A stretch of 64,000 bases of DNA, from the NCBI GenBank assembly GCA_963844035.1, contig CAWJMT010000003.1, forward strand, positions 256,001 through 320,000, written 5' to 3'. The DNA comes from an uncultured Gemmatimonadales bacterium (GTDB lineage Bacteria; Gemmatimonadota; Gemmatimonadetes; Gemmatimonadales; GWC2-71-9). The position numbers and the translations under genes were made by a program. Positions within the stretch are counted from its first letter, which is position 1. The number at the start of each line of letters is the position of its first letter. A model generated the notes under the pieces. The model was given only the letters and a program-made list of their open reading frames with translations, did no database searches and was not told where the DNA came from. Of the stretch, positions 1 to 11,333 are shown in pieces.

Positions 1-1000
1 CGGCGGAAACGGAGCCCCAGGTGCTGCGCGAGTTCGCCGACGTGCTGAGCACCATGACCGCGACCTCAGTTCAGTTCGCCGACTACCAGCTCGCGAGCCG
101 TATCCTGCTCGACCTGCGGGGACGCCAGCGCGCCCTCAAGGAGACCGGAGGACGCGAGGGCGACCGCCTCGCGGCATTGCTCGACCGCCGCATCGAGCCG
201 GCCGCGATCCTCAAGCTGCTGGAAGAGGACCTGCGCTCGGGCCAGCCCGATCGACACGAGCGGGCCGCGCAGGTGCTCGGCGCGCTGGGCGCGGTGGCCA
301 CGCCGTTGCTGATCGACGTGATCAAGCAGGAGAACGACTTCCGGGTTCGCAATCTCGCGGCGAAGCTCCTGGCCGAGGCCGATCCGCAGGCCCCGGAGCT
401 GGTCAAGCGGGCGCTCGTGACGGAGGTGATCTTCGAGCAGCGGGCGCGATTGCTCGAGGTGATCGACATGGTCACCCGCGACCTGCGCCTGGAGCTGGAG
501 CAGTGCCTCCGCGACACCAACCCCAGGGTGCGGCGCGCCGCCTTCCAGTTGTTCGAGCGTCTGGGGCAGGACGAGCTCGTTCCTCTCGTCGCGCCGTTCG
601 CGCAGCATTCCGATCCGGCGGTCGCCCGCGGGGCGATTCGCGCCCTCACGTCGCTCCGTTCGCCCGCCGCAGTGCATGCCCTCACCGCGATCCTGGAGAC
701 GACGAAGGATGAAAGCCTGGCGGCGCTGCTCTGCCAGGGGTTGGGCCTGTCGGAGCAGGCGACGGCGATCGATGCGCTCGCCCGCGTGCTGGCGGAGCAC
801 AAGGTGTTCTTCTTCGGGCGGCGGTGGGGGGTCGAGGTCCGCGGGACGGCAGCCCTGGCCCTGCGGCAGATCCCGCATCCCTCGGTGGCCGAGGTGCTGG
901 CGCGCTACGAGAACGACGGCAACGTCGGAGGTCCGGCAGGTGGCGCGGGGCGGGGCCGCCCCGGAGCGGGCGGCGCGTCCCACGCGGACGTCCGGCGTAC
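1..1000 (+). CDS. HEAT/PBS-lyase repeat protein, C-terminal part (5' truncated by window; 3' end uncertain, frame break near 925)
   Basis: Repeated helical units such as D-FRVRNLAAKLL, DTNPRVRRAAFQLF, HSDPAVARGAIRAL, EVRGTAALALRQI. Sensible sequence continues as SEVRQVAR in another frame. Confidence 0.7.
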
Positions 1001-1097
1001 AGCCGGCAGATTGTGGGGGACCTGCCGCCGGAGTAGCGCGCCACCTTCCCCTCGCCCCTATCTTCCCCCGATCCTCTTCCCGGCGCCGCCCGACCGT

Positions 1098-1843
<746 letters not shown>

Positions 1844-1888
1844 GCGCGTTCCCCTTCCGCCGTTCCCGTTCCGGGGTAGGTTCGCCTC

Positions 1889-2750
1889 ATGCCCCGCTGT
1901 GGTACCGTCGTCCTTGCCGGCCGGCCCAACGTCGGCAAGTCGACGCTGCTCAACGCCCTGGTCGGCGAGCACCTCGCGATCGTCTCACCCAAGCCGCAGT
2001 CCACGCGTCTCCCCGTGGTGGGGCTGCTGACGCGGGGTGACGCGCAGTTCATCTTTACCGACGCGCCCGGGCTGCTCGAGCCGGAATACCGGTTGCACGA
2101 GATGATGCGCGCGGCGGCGCTGCGCGCGATCGCCGATTCCGAAGTCATCGCGTACCTGCACCCGCTCTCGGAGTATCCCGCGCCGCCGTTCGAGCGGTGG
2201 CCAAGCTCGATCGCGCTCCGCGGGTGCCGGTCGTCACCGTGTACACGAAAGCGGACCTTGTACCGCCCTCCACCGTCCTCGACCGTCCCTCGATCGCCCA
2301 ACGCCGTGGTCGTCTCCGCGCTCACCGGCACCGGCCTCGACGACCTCCTGACGGCGCTCGACCGCGCACCTGCCCGAAAGCCCGTTCCACTACGACCCCG
2401 AGGAGATGGCGACCCAACCGATGCGTTTCTTCGCGGCGGAGTTCATCCGCGAGGCCGCATTCGAAACGCTGCACGAGGAGCTGCCGTACAGCGTGGCGGT
2501 CGAGATCGACGAGTTCCGGGAGGGCACAAGCCCCGTGTATATTCGGGCCGTCGTCTATGTGGAGCGTGAGAGCCAGAAGGGTATCGTGATCGGCGAAGGG
2601 GGCCGCACCATCAAGATGCTCGGGACCGGTGCCCGCGCCAAGATCGAGCCACTGCTCGGCGAGCGAGTCTTCCTCGAGCTCCACGTGAAGGTCCTTCCCA
2701 AATGGCGGCGGCAGAACGCGTCGCTCAAGCGCCTGGGGTACGCCGGATGA
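1889..2750 (+). CDS. era: GTPase Era (frame breaks near 2190-2390)
   Basis: G1 [28 protein letters not shown], and KH domain EELPYSVAV...[12 protein letters not shown]. Confidence 0.95.
2261..2300 (+). repeat. Degenerate ~10-nt tandem repeat inside era
   Basis: taccgccctc / caccgtcctc / gaccgtccctc / gatcgccca. Confidence 0.6.
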
Positions 2751-2917
2751 GCCTTTCGCCCGAGCTGCTGGACATGCTGGTGTGCCCGAAGTGCAAGGGC
2801 CCGCTCGAGCATCGCACCGCCTCTCGCGAGGAGCTCGTCTGCCACGCCTGCCGCCTGATCTACGCGGTGGATGACGACATTCCAGTCATGCTGATCGATG
2901 AGGCAACGCACTTCTAA
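2747..2917 (+). CDS. Trm112/YcaR-like small zinc-binding protein
   Basis: [14 protein letters not shown]...[24 protein letters not shown] overlap with the era stop. Confidence 0.9.
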   Translation: MSLSPELLDMLVCPKCKGPLEHRTASREELVCHACRLIYAVDDDIPVMLIDEATHF

Positions 2918-3944
2918 GAGGCGGGCAGGCGGGCAGGCGGGAGGGCGGGCAGGCGCTGGTGGCTCGGTTTGCTGCTGCTGTCCGCCTACCGCGACCACCC
3001 GCCTGACCGCCCAGTCGTCTCCCAACAACTCCGGCGCTCTGTTTCTCAACCTTCCGGTCGGCGCTGAAGCCGTCGGAATGGGTCAGACCGCGGTCACGCT
3101 CGAGGGGCACGGCGAGGCGGCGTTCTGGAATCCGGCCGGCCTGGCGACGCTCGATGAGAGCGAGTTCGGCCTGCAGAACGGCAGTCTCGCCGTGGGGAAG
3201 AGCTACGCGCTGACGGCGTATGTGCACTCCCATGGCATCGGAGTCCTGGGCGGGGCCGTCTACCTGCTGAACTACGGTGATCTGGAGCGCACGGACTCGA
3301 CGGGCGGCACGATCGCGCAAGTCTCCCCCCGCAACCTCGAATTTCTCGCGTCGTACGCCACGCAGGTGGGCGCGCTGAGCATCGGCGTCAACTACAAGCT
3401 CGTGGAATTCCGCGTCGAATGCACCGGAGACTGCCGGGAGTTTCCCAACGGGGAAGGGGTGACCCACGGGCTCGACGTGGGCGGCCAGCTCGCGGTGGGT
3501 CCCGAGGGTGCGCTGCGAATCGGGGTGGCCGTGCGGAATATCGGGTTCAAGCTTCAGGTCAACAACCGCGACCAGGCCGACCCGTTGCCGGCGCACCTGG
3601 TGGTGGGCGCGTTGTACCGCTTGACGCTGCGGGGCGAAGTGGCGCCCGGAGCCGCGCCCGGAGCGGAGCCCGACGGCCTGGACGTGAAGCTGGCCGCCGA
3701 TCTGGACAGTCCCTGGGGCAGCTATGGCGATTCGGAGGTCCGCATCGGCGTGGACGTCGGATACCAACGCCTGCTGCGCCTGCGCGGCGGGTACGCGTTC
3801 GAGCGCGAGGGCCTCAGCGGGCCAAGCGTCGGCATGGGCATCTCGAGCGGAGCGGTCGGCGTGGACTTCGCGCGCACGTTCCTGAGCGGTTCGGACTTCG
3901 TCACGGAGAACCCCACGTTCTTCTCGTTTCGCGTGGCGTTCTAG
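2898..3944 (+). CDS. PorV/PorQ (UPF0164)-like outer-membrane beta-barrel protein
   Basis: [17 protein letters not shown] and [10 protein letters not shown] motifs, LRLRGGY, C-terminal FSFRVAF ending in Phe. Confidence 0.8.
   Translation: MRQRTSKRRAGGQAGGRAGAGGSVCCCCPPTATTRLTAQSSPNNSGALFLNLPVGAEAVGMGQTAVTLEGHGEAAFWNPAGLATLDESEFGLQNGSLAVGKSYALTAYVHSHGIGVLGGAVYLLNYGDLERTDSTGGTIAQVSPRNLEFLASYATQVGALSIGVNYKLVEFRVECTGDCREFPNGEGVTHGLDVGGQLAVGPEGALRIGVAVRNIGFKLQVNNRDQADPLPAHLVVGALYRLTLRGEVAPGAAPGAEPDGLDVKLAADLDSPWGSYGDSEVRIGVDVGYQRLLRLRGGYAFEREGLSGPSVGMGISSGAVGVDFARTFLSGSDFVTENPTFFSFRVAF
2919..2958 (+). repeat. Tandem octamer AGGCGGGC, ~5 copies (degenerate)
   Basis: aggcgggc aggcgggc aggcggga gggcgggc aggcgctg. 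Confidence 0.85.
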
Positions 3945-4732
3945 TGCGGGCCCGCACGCTGCTGCTCGGAGCGGTCGCGCTCTTCGCCGGAGGCCGCGCG
4001 ACGGGCCAGGAAGTGGAAGACTCGAGCGCCGCCATCAAGCGCTGGCCCTTCTGGGTGCGCCCGGCCGCTTCGCTGGTGGTCCCGGGCACCGGCCAGATGC
4101 TCGCGCACCAGGACCGGGCCGTGGTCTATATCGGCATCGAGGTCTACGGGCTCACACGGTATCTGCAGCTCACCCTCGCATCGCACGAGGACGCGAACCG
4201 ATTCCGCGACCTGGCATTTGAAGTGGCCCGTGCGGCGTTCAACCCCACGCAGCGCGATACCGTGTTCGAGTACTTCGAGACAATGCAGCGGTACGTGGAG
4301 AGCGGTGCATTCGACCGCGATCCGGGGTCGGGGTTTGCACCCGAGGTGGACACGACGACGTACAACGGATCCGTGTGGTTGACGGCGCGCCGCACCTACT
4401 GGCGCGACCCCAACGTGCCACCGGACCCTCAATCGCTCGAGTACGCCCGCGCCGTGCAGTTCTACGACACACATGCGGTGGGTCCCGGTTACCTTTGGTC
4501 GTGGCAGAACGCGGGCGAGGAGATGGGCGTGTACCGCGAGACCATCCGCAAGAGCGATAGCGCGTTCCGTCAGGCGCAGGATCAGCTCGGCATCTTGCTC
4601 GCCAACCATCTCGTGAGCGCGGTGGACGCATTGATCTCCAGCCGGCTGTCGAGTGCCGTCCACCGTCCGACAACCTGGCGGACCGTAGTGGGCCGGAGCA
4701 CCGCCGTCTTCAGCCTCTCGATCGCGTTCTAG
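3944..4732 (+). CDS. Hypothetical exported/membrane protein
   Basis: GTG overlapping the upstream TAG; signal-like N-terminus, ASLVVPGTGQ and NHLVSAVDA motifs, C-terminal Phe. Confidence 0.7.
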   Translation: MRARTLLLGAVALFAGGRATGQEVEDSSAAIKRWPFWVRPAASLVVPGTGQMLAHQDRAVVYIGIEVYGLTRYLQLTLASHEDANRFRDLAFEVARAAFNPTQRDTVFEYFETMQRYVESGAFDRDPGSGFAPEVDTTTYNGSVWLTARRTYWRDPNVPPDPQSLEYARAVQFYDTHAVGPGYLWSWQNAGEEMGVYRETIRKSDSAFRQAQDQLGILLANHLVSAVDALISSRLSSAVHRPTTWRTVVGRSTAVFSLSIAF

Positions 4733-4754
4733 CGCATTTTGCCGCCCGGTTCGT

Positions 4755-4783
4755 TTGACACTTCAGGGTGGCAGTCCTAAGTT
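4755..4783 (+). promoter_or_regulatory. Sigma70-type promoter for the diguanylate cyclase
   Basis: TTGACA (4755-4760), 17-nt spacer, TAAGTT (4778-4783); AGGAG RBS at 4807-4811 before GTG 4816. Confidence 0.7.
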
Positions 4784-4815
4784 TAAGCGGGCTCGACCCT
4801 TACGCGAGGAGTCAG

Positions 4816-5784
4816 GTGCGAACGCGCCCGACGATTCTCTTCTTTTCGCCGGCTGGTCGTTCGGCGCCGCAGTTCCTGGCGCACTGGGTGGATGGGAAGG
4901 GCATCAGCGTCATCCACGTGACCGAACCAGCCGTGATCGAGGAGATGGTGCTGCGAGCGTTACCGCTGCTAGTGGTGATCGACGCCGACGCCCCAGGCCC
5001 GGCGGGGTTGGAATTGTGCACCCGGCTGAAGTCGGACTCCTACTCGGCCATCGTGCCCCTCGCGGCCGTCGCGGCCCGCCACACGACGGCTGCGGTCCAG
5101 GGCTGGTTTGCGGCTGGCGCGGACGAGGTCATCACACCGTTGTTCGAGCTCGCGGAGCAGACCAGCCGGTTGGACGGGCTGCTGGCGCGCACGGCGCGGG
5201 ATGTGGCGGTCAATCCCTCCACCCGGCTCCCCGGTACGACCGAGATCGACCGCGAGATTCGGCGGCGCATGGATCGGGGCGAGCGGTTCGCCGTGTGCTA
5301 TGCGGACCTCGACCACTTCAAGGAGTTCAACGACCGCTACAGCTACTACGACGGGGATCGGGTGATCAATCTCCTGTCGCGCATCCTGCATGACGTCGTC
5401 AAGGGGATGATCGGCGCTCAGGGATTCGTAGGCCACATCGGCGGCGACGATTTCATCGTGATCATTCCCCTCGAGGCCATCGCCCAGGTGTGCGGCGAGA
5501 TTCTCAACGTGTTCGATACCTTGATCCCGTTTCAGTACAACGAGCAGGACCGCCGTGCCGGGTATTACTTCGGCAAGGATCGGCGCGGGCAGCTGCACCG
5601 GGTGCCGTTGATGACGCTGTCGATTGGAATCGTGACGAACGAGCATCGCCGGTTCGCGCATCCGGCGCAGGTGAGTGAGCTCGCGACCGAGATGAAAAGC
5701 TACGCGAAAACCCAGACGGGGTCGGTGTTCGTCATCGATCGCCGTCGCGACCAGGATCCGGAAGAAGGCGGCGAGGGACGATAG
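4816..5784 (+). CDS. Diguanylate cyclase with degenerate receiver domain
   Basis: NPSTRLPG, YADLDHFKEFNDRYSY, GHIGGDDF, TLSIG; N-terminal REC-like LVVIDAD...GLELC...AGADEVI. Confidence 0.88.
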   Translation: MRTRPTILFFSPAGRSAPQFLAHWVDGKGISVIHVTEPAVIEEMVLRALPLLVVIDADAPGPAGLELCTRLKSDSYSAIVPLAAVAARHTTAAVQGWFAAGADEVITPLFELAEQTSRLDGLLARTARDVAVNPSTRLPGTTEIDREIRRRMDRGERFAVCYADLDHFKEFNDRYSYYDGDRVINLLSRILHDVVKGMIGAQGFVGHIGGDDFIVIIPLEAIAQVCGEILNVFDTLIPFQYNEQDRRAGYYFGKDRRGQLHRVPLMTLSIGIVTNEHRRFAHPAQVSELATEMKSYAKTQTGSVFVIDRRRDQDPEEGGEGR

Positions 5785-5786
5785 GC

Positions 5787-6717
5787 GTGAACGTAACCTG
5801 TCCGTCGTGCGAAACGGTGTACCGCGTGGACCCCGCGAAACTGCCCGCAGCGGGCGTGCGGGCGCGGTGTGCCGTGTGCAACAATGTGTTCGCCGTATCG
5901 ATCGCGCCGGTCGCTACGGCGGTCGCGGCGGCGGTGACTGCGGCCCCGGTTTTCGCGGCGGCCCCCCCGGCCCCCCCGGCCCGCGTCGCTCCCCCTGCTG
6001 CCGCGCCTCCGGCCACGTCGCTGACGCCGAGCCCGCAGGCGCCGCCCGTGGCCGCGCCGGTCTTTACGCCGGCCGCCGCGGCACCGCCAGCGGCACCACC
6101 CCCGCCGCCGCGGCCGCCGCTTGCCCCGCCCAGGCCGGCGATGCCGGCGGCTGCGGCCCCCGTGCCGCCTCCGGTGATGCCCGCAACGCCGCCACCGGCA
6201 CCCGCGTCCGCCGCTCGCGCGTCCCTCGAGTCCCGGGATCGCCGCGCCCCCGGGGCTCGGCGCCGCGCGCCCGCCCGCACCGTCACCGGCGCCGGTAAGC
6301 GTACCGGCATCGCCGCCGGCGCCGTCCCCTGCGGCCGTCCGGCCCGCCGCGCCTGCGGCGCCCGCTGCTCCTGCAGCCCCTCCAGCGCCCGCGGCGCCGC
6401 CCGCGCCGGCCCCAGCCGCGGGTCCGGGGCTGCGCGGGACCGGACCGCTCCGCCCGGTGAATCCGTTCATGGTGCAGGATCCGAAACAGAAGGCGCGGCG
6501 CTTGGCGCGAGCGCTGGTCTCGGATCTCGTCGTGTATCACCCGGAAAAGCGCCAGCAGGGAATTCGCGACGGCACGCTCGCCACGCTCTTCAAGGAGGAG
6601 ATCGAGAAGAGCTGGCAGGAGTATGTTGAGCAGATCGGCGCGGAGCTCGCGAAGAGCACGACGTTCTGGGGCGAGGCGCTCAACGAGATTCTGGCCGGGG
6701 GCGGCAAGGTTTTCTAA
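5787..6717 (+). CDS. Zinc-ribbon (MJ0042-type) protein with Pro/Ala-rich linker and helical C-terminal domain (frame breaks in linker)
   Basis: MNVTCPSCETVYRVD...RARCAVCNNVF; low-complexity linker; C-terminal KARRLARALVSDLVVYHPEK...ALNEILAGG. Confidence 0.8.
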
Positions 6718-6728
6718 GGAGATGCATC

Positions 6729-7829
6729 GTGGCCCTATCTGAACGGTTTCGTGAGTTCGACCGGCGCGTAAACGAGCTTCGGAGTTTCCTTTGACGTAGC
6801 AGGGAAGACGAAGCGATTGGCAGAGCTGGAGCACGCCATGGCCGAGGGAGGCGTGTGGTCCGATCCCGCGCGCGCGCGCCAGGTGGTTGACGAGGTCAAG
6901 GATCTCAAGCGCTGGCTTGAGCCCTACGCCGCGTTGCGCAAGCGGCTCGACGACGCGCAGGCGTTGAACGACCTTGCCGAGCCGAGCAGACCGAGGACCT
7001 CGCCCAGGAGCTTGAGGCCGAGGCGCAGCAGATCGAGGCGCGGCTCGACGCGCTGGATCTCCAGAGCATGCTCCGCGGCCGGGATGACGGGCGCGACGCC
7101 CTGCTCACCATTCACCCCGGCGCGGGCGGGACGGAGTCGCAGGACTGGGCCGAGATGCTCATGCGGATGTACATCCGCTGGGCGGAGCGGCACGGCTTCA
7201 AGGTCGAGATGCTCGACCTGGTTGAAGGGGAAGAGGCCGGGATCAAAGCGGCCGAAATCCAGATCAGCGGGCAGTACGCGTACGGCCTCCTTCACGCGGA
7301 GAAGGGTGTGCACCGCCTGGTGCGGATTTCCCCCTTCGACGCACAGTCGCGCCGCCACACTTCCTTCGCATCGGTCTTCGTCTACCCGGTGGTGGATGAG
7401 GACATCGAGATCGAGATCGACCCCGACGACTTACGTATCGACGTGTTCCGCGCGTCGGGGAAGGGTGGCCAGCACGTCAACAAGACGTCCTCGGCGGTCC
7501 GGATCACCCACCTCCCGACGGGGATCGTGACCTCCTGCCAGCAGGAGCGGAGCCAGCACAAGAACAAGGCGACGTCAATGAAGATGTTGAAGGCCCGCCT
7601 GTACGAGCGGGCGGTCGAAGAGCGCGAGGCCAAGAAGGCCGAGGTGGACAAGGAGAAGACGGACATCGCGTGGGGGAACCAGATCCGTTCCTACGTGTTC
7701 CAGCCGTACACCATGGTGAACGACCATCGCACCGATCTGAAGGTGACCGACGTGCACAAGGTGATGGACGGCGATATCGATCCGTTCATCGAGGCATTCC
7801 TGAAGCGTCCCGGAGGCAAGGCGGCGTGA
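6729..7829 (+). CDS. prfB: Peptide chain release factor 2, programmed +1 frameshift (additional indel near 6985)
   Basis: GTG 6729 after TAAGGAG; in-frame CTT TGA C at 6789-6795; [17 protein letters not shown] and GGQ motifs. Confidence 0.97.
6780..6795 (+). promoter_or_regulatory. prfB +1 ribosomal frameshift site
   Basis: CGG AGT TTC CTT TGA C, with internal SD-like GGAG. Confidence 0.93.
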
Positions 7830-9301
7830 GCGGTTTCGTAGAAGCGGCGCGGCAGGAAAAGCTTCAGGAACTTGTGAAACGCGGAGTCGCCCCGTTCGCC
7901 TACCGGTTCGAGCGGTCGGGTCACGCGGCGGAGGCGGTGGCCGCCTACCGTGGCGACGACGATCCGACCGTCCATCGGCTGGCGGGCCGGCTGGTGGCGC
8001 TCCGCCCCCATGGCAAGACGACCTTCGCGCACCTGGCGGATCAATCAGGGAAGATCCAACTCTATTTCAAGCTCGACGAGTTCGGCGCCGCCGAGTACGA
8101 GCTGCTCGCCCTGCTCGACCTCGGCGACTTCGTCGGGATCGAGGGCCCCCTCTTCAAGACCAGGACGGGCGAAATCACGGCGCGGGTGCAAAAACTGACC
8201 CTGCTCGCCAAGTCGCTCCGTCCCCTGCCGCTCGGCAAGGAGGACGAGAGCGGGGTGCGACACGGGGGGTTGGCAGACCCGGAGCAACGTGCCCGGCAGC
8301 GCTACGCCGATCTGGCGGTCCACCCGGAGGTGCGGGCGCTATTCGCGCTGCGCTCCCGCGTCGTACGCCAGATTCGCGCCTTCCTCGACGCTCGCGGGTA
8401 CCTAGAGGTGGAAACGCCGGTGCTCCAGCCGCTGTACGGCGGCGCCGCGGCGCGCCCGTTTACCACGCACTACGAAGCGCTCGATGCGACGATGTACCTG
8501 CGGATCGCGGACGAGCTGTATCTCAAGCGCTGTATCGTGGGTGGCCTCGAAAGAGTGTATGAGATCGGGCACGACTTCCGTAACGAAGGGTTGTCGCGGT
8601 TTCACAACCCCGAGTTCACGATGCTCGAGTGGTACGAGGCGTACGCGGACTACGACCGGATGCGCGAACTCACGGAGGAGCTATTGGCGACGTTGACCGC
8701 CGACCTGTTCGGGACTACCACGCTCCAGCGGCACGGCGCCTCCCTGTCGTTCGCGCGGCCCTTCGCCCGCAAGGACTTCTACACCCTCGTGCGCGAGGCG
8801 GCGGGCGTCGATCTCGCGACCGCGTCCGAGGAAATGCTCCGGGCGGCGCTGCGACGCCGCAGCGAGGAGAAGGTGGATACCATGTCGGGCGCGAAGCTCA
8901 TGGACGAGGTCTTCAAGACGTACGTCGAGCCCACGCTCATCCAACCGACGTTCGTCATGGACTATCCCGTCGCGCTGTCTCCCCTCGCGAAGATCAAGCG
9001 CGACGATCCCACGAAGGTGGAACGGTGGGAGCTGTTCATCCATGGTCGTGAGATCGCGAACGCGTTCAGCGAGCTCAACGACCCCGAGGAGCAGCGGCGC
9101 CGGTTCGAGCAGCAGGCGCGGTTCCGCGCCGCGGGTGATCAGGAGGCCCAGCAACTCGATGAAGATTTCCTGCGCGCCCTGGAGTACGGCATGCCGCCCA
9201 CCGGCGGCGTGGGACTCGGGGTGGATCGCCTGATGATGCTGCTCGCCGATCAGGCCAACATTCGCGACGTCATCCTGTTTCCCATGCTGAAGCCCGAATG
9301 A
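7826..9301 (+). CDS. lysS: Lysine--tRNA ligase (class II)
   Basis: [53 protein letters not shown]. Confidence 0.98.
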   Translation: MSGFVEAARQEKLQELVKRGVAPFAYRFERSGHAAEAVAAYRGDDDPTVHRLAGRLVALRPHGKTTFAHLADQSGKIQLYFKLDEFGAAEYELLALLDLGDFVGIEGPLFKTRTGEITARVQKLTLLAKSLRPLPLGKEDESGVRHGGLADPEQRARQRYADLAVHPEVRALFALRSRVVRQIRAFLDARGYLEVETPVLQPLYGGAAARPFTTHYEALDATMYLRIADELYLKRCIVGGLERVYEIGHDFRNEGLSRFHNPEFTMLEWYEAYADYDRMRELTEELLATLTADLFGTTTLQRHGASLSFARPFARKDFYTLVREAAGVDLATASEEMLRAALRRRSEEKVDTMSGAKLMDEVFKTYVEPTLIQPTFVMDYPVALSPLAKIKRDDPTKVERWELFIHGREIANAFSELNDPEEQRRRFEQQARFRAAGDQEAQQLDEDFLRALEYGMPPTGGVGLGVDRLMMLLADQANIRDVILFPMLKPE

Positions 9302-10635
9302 CGGCGGCTCCGGCACTCTGGGTGAGCATCGCCGCGGGCACTGCGCTGCTGCTCGTGGCGCTGCGGTTCCGGCGCGATCTCTGGCCGGGCCCGCTCGAGC
9401 GGCAGATTGCGCTGCGCTACCTGCGCGGCCACCGCTCGTCCCGCCTGGTGTCGCTGATCACGCTCATTGCCGTCGGCGGCGTGACGGTCGGCGTCATGGC
9501 GCTCGTCCTCGTGCTCGGCGTCATGAACGGGTTGCAGTCCGATCTGCGCGACAAGATTCTCGTAGCCAATCCGCATTTGCGGGTGTTGACGTACGGGGAA
9601 GGGTTGCGGCTCGACGCCTGGCGCCGCATCCGCCGCGACGTCGCGGAAACGCCGGGCGTTGTGGCCGTGGCGCCGTTCGTCATGACCCAGGGGTTGATCA
9701 GCGCCGGCCATGACTACGCCGAAGGGGTCATCGTGCTGGGCGTCGATGCCGACACCGGCAAGCGCGCGGTCACGAGCCTCGCCCGGCACTTCGTGAAGGG
9801 CGATCTCCAGTTCCGCCCCACCCGCTCGGACGTTGAAGGAGGGATCGCACTGGGCGCGCGGTTGGCCAATAAGCTCTCGGCGTTTCCGGGCCAGGTCGTG
9901 ACCCTCGTGTCACCGGCAGGAGCCCGCTTCAATCCGAGTGTGGGGGCCTACGTCCCCAAGTTCCGTCGCTACGAGGTGACGGGTCTGTTCGAGACCGGGA
10001 TGTACGAATACGACAACAGCTACGTCGCCCTGGGCCTCTCGGCCGCGCAGCGGTTCGCGGGCCTCGACACGTCGATGACGGGCATGGAGGTGCGGCTGGC
10101 GAATCCCTGGGAGGCCGAGCGCATTGGGCAGGCGCTCGAGGCCCGGCTGGGCTATCCCTATCGCGTGCTCGACTGGCAGTCGCAGAATTCGTCGCTGTTC
10201 TCGGCGCTGAAGCTGGAGAAGCTGGCCATGGGTCTCGTGGTGTTCCTCATTTGCATCGTGGCGGCGTTCAATGTCGTCGGGACGCTGACGATGGTGGTAC
10301 GCGACAAGACGCGCGAGATCGGCATTCTGCTCGCCATGGGGCTCGCGCGGGCGTCGGTCGGCCGCATTTTCCTGGCGCAGGGGATTCTCATCGGCGTGGT
10401 GGGAACGACCCTGGGGGCGACCCTGGGCCTGGTGGTCGGGGGGATGGTGAATTCGGGGGAATGGATTCGCATTGACCCCTCGGTGTACTTCATCGATCAC
10501 CTCCCGGTGCGCACTCAACCGCTGGACGCGCTGGCGGTGATTGCGGCCAGCCTGTTCATCGCGACCCTGGCGCCGCTCTATCCGGCGGTGCAGGCCGCGC
10601 GGCTCGATCCCGTGACCGCGATCCGCTACGAATGA
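9298..10635 (+). CDS. lolC: Lipoprotein-releasing ABC transporter permease LolC/E
   Basis: GVMALVLVLGVMNG, FETGMYEYD, EIGILLAMG, ARLDPVTAIRYE. Confidence 0.92.
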   Translation: MTAAPALWVSIAAGTALLLVALRFRRDLWPGPLERQIALRYLRGHRSSRLVSLITLIAVGGVTVGVMALVLVLGVMNGLQSDLRDKILVANPHLRVLTYGEGLRLDAWRRIRRDVAETPGVVAVAPFVMTQGLISAGHDYAEGVIVLGVDADTGKRAVTSLARHFVKGDLQFRPTRSDVEGGIALGARLANKLSAFPGQVVTLVSPAGARFNPSVGAYVPKFRRYEVTGLFETGMYEYDNSYVALGLSAAQRFAGLDTSMTGMEVRLANPWEAERIGQALEARLGYPYRVLDWQSQNSSLFSALKLEKLAMGLVVFLICIVAAFNVVGTLTMVVRDKTREIGILLAMGLARASVGRIFLAQGILIGVVGTTLGATLGLVVGGMVNSGEWIRIDPSVYFIDHLPVRTQPLDALAVIAASLFIATLAPLYPAVQAARLDPVTAIRYE

Positions 10636-11333
10636 CGACGCTGCTCGAGGCCCGCGGGGTCCGCAAGGTGTTTGCGGGCGGCGATGGCCAGCCGCTCGAC
10701 GTGCTGCGCGGGGTCGATCTCGACGTCCGCCGCGGCGAAGTGGTGGCGGTCGTCGGCGCCTCGGGGGCGGGGAAGAGCACGCTCCTCCACATGCTCGGGG
10801 CGCTCGATCGCCCGACCGCCGGCGACATCTGGCTCGATGGCTCCCGCTACTCGGATCTGGGGCCCGAGAACCTTGCCGAGATTCGCAACCGGCGGTTGGG
10901 GTTCGTGTTTCAATTCCATCACCTGCTGCGGGAGTTCTCGGCGCTCGAGAACGTGATGATGCCGCTCTTGATCGGCGGGATGTCGCCCCGGCTGGCGCGC
11001 ACGCGTGCGGAGGAGATTCTGGCGCACGTCGGGCTCGCCGGGCGCATGACCCACCGGCCCGCCGAGCTATCGGGGGGGGAGCAGCAACGGTGCGCCGTGG
11101 CACGGGCCCTGGTGCATGATCCCAGTCTCATCCTGGCGGACGAGCCGTCGGGCAATCTGGACCACGCCAACGCGGACCGCCTGCACGATGTATTTTTCCG
11201 CTTGGCGCGGGAGTTTGAGACGGCGGTCATGGTAGCGACCCACAACCGGCAACTTGCCGCGCGGGCGGACCGAATCCTCTGGCTCGAGGACGGTCGCATC
11301 ACCGTGGTGGACTCGGTGGACGCGATACCTTGA
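10632..11333 (+). CDS. lolD: Lipoprotein-releasing ABC transporter ATPase
   Basis: GASGAGKS, GFVFQFHHLL, LSGGEQQR, ADEPSGNLD. Confidence 0.93.
   Translation: MTTLLEARGVRKVFAGGDGQPLDVLRGVDLDVRRGEVVAVVGASGAGKSTLLHMLGALDRPTAGDIWLDGSRYSDLGPENLAEIRNRRLGFVFQFHHLLREFSALENVMMPLLIGGMSPRLARTRAEEILAHVGLAGRMTHRPAELSGGEQQRCAVARALVHDPSLILADEPSGNLDHANADRLHDVFFRLAREFETAVMVATHNRQLAARADRILWLEDGRITVVDSVDAIP

Noticed and set aside
5900..6420. GCC/CCG-rich repetitive DNA as a CRISPR or mobile repeat
   Set aside because: It encodes a Pro/Ala linker; there are no fixed-length repeats with spacers.
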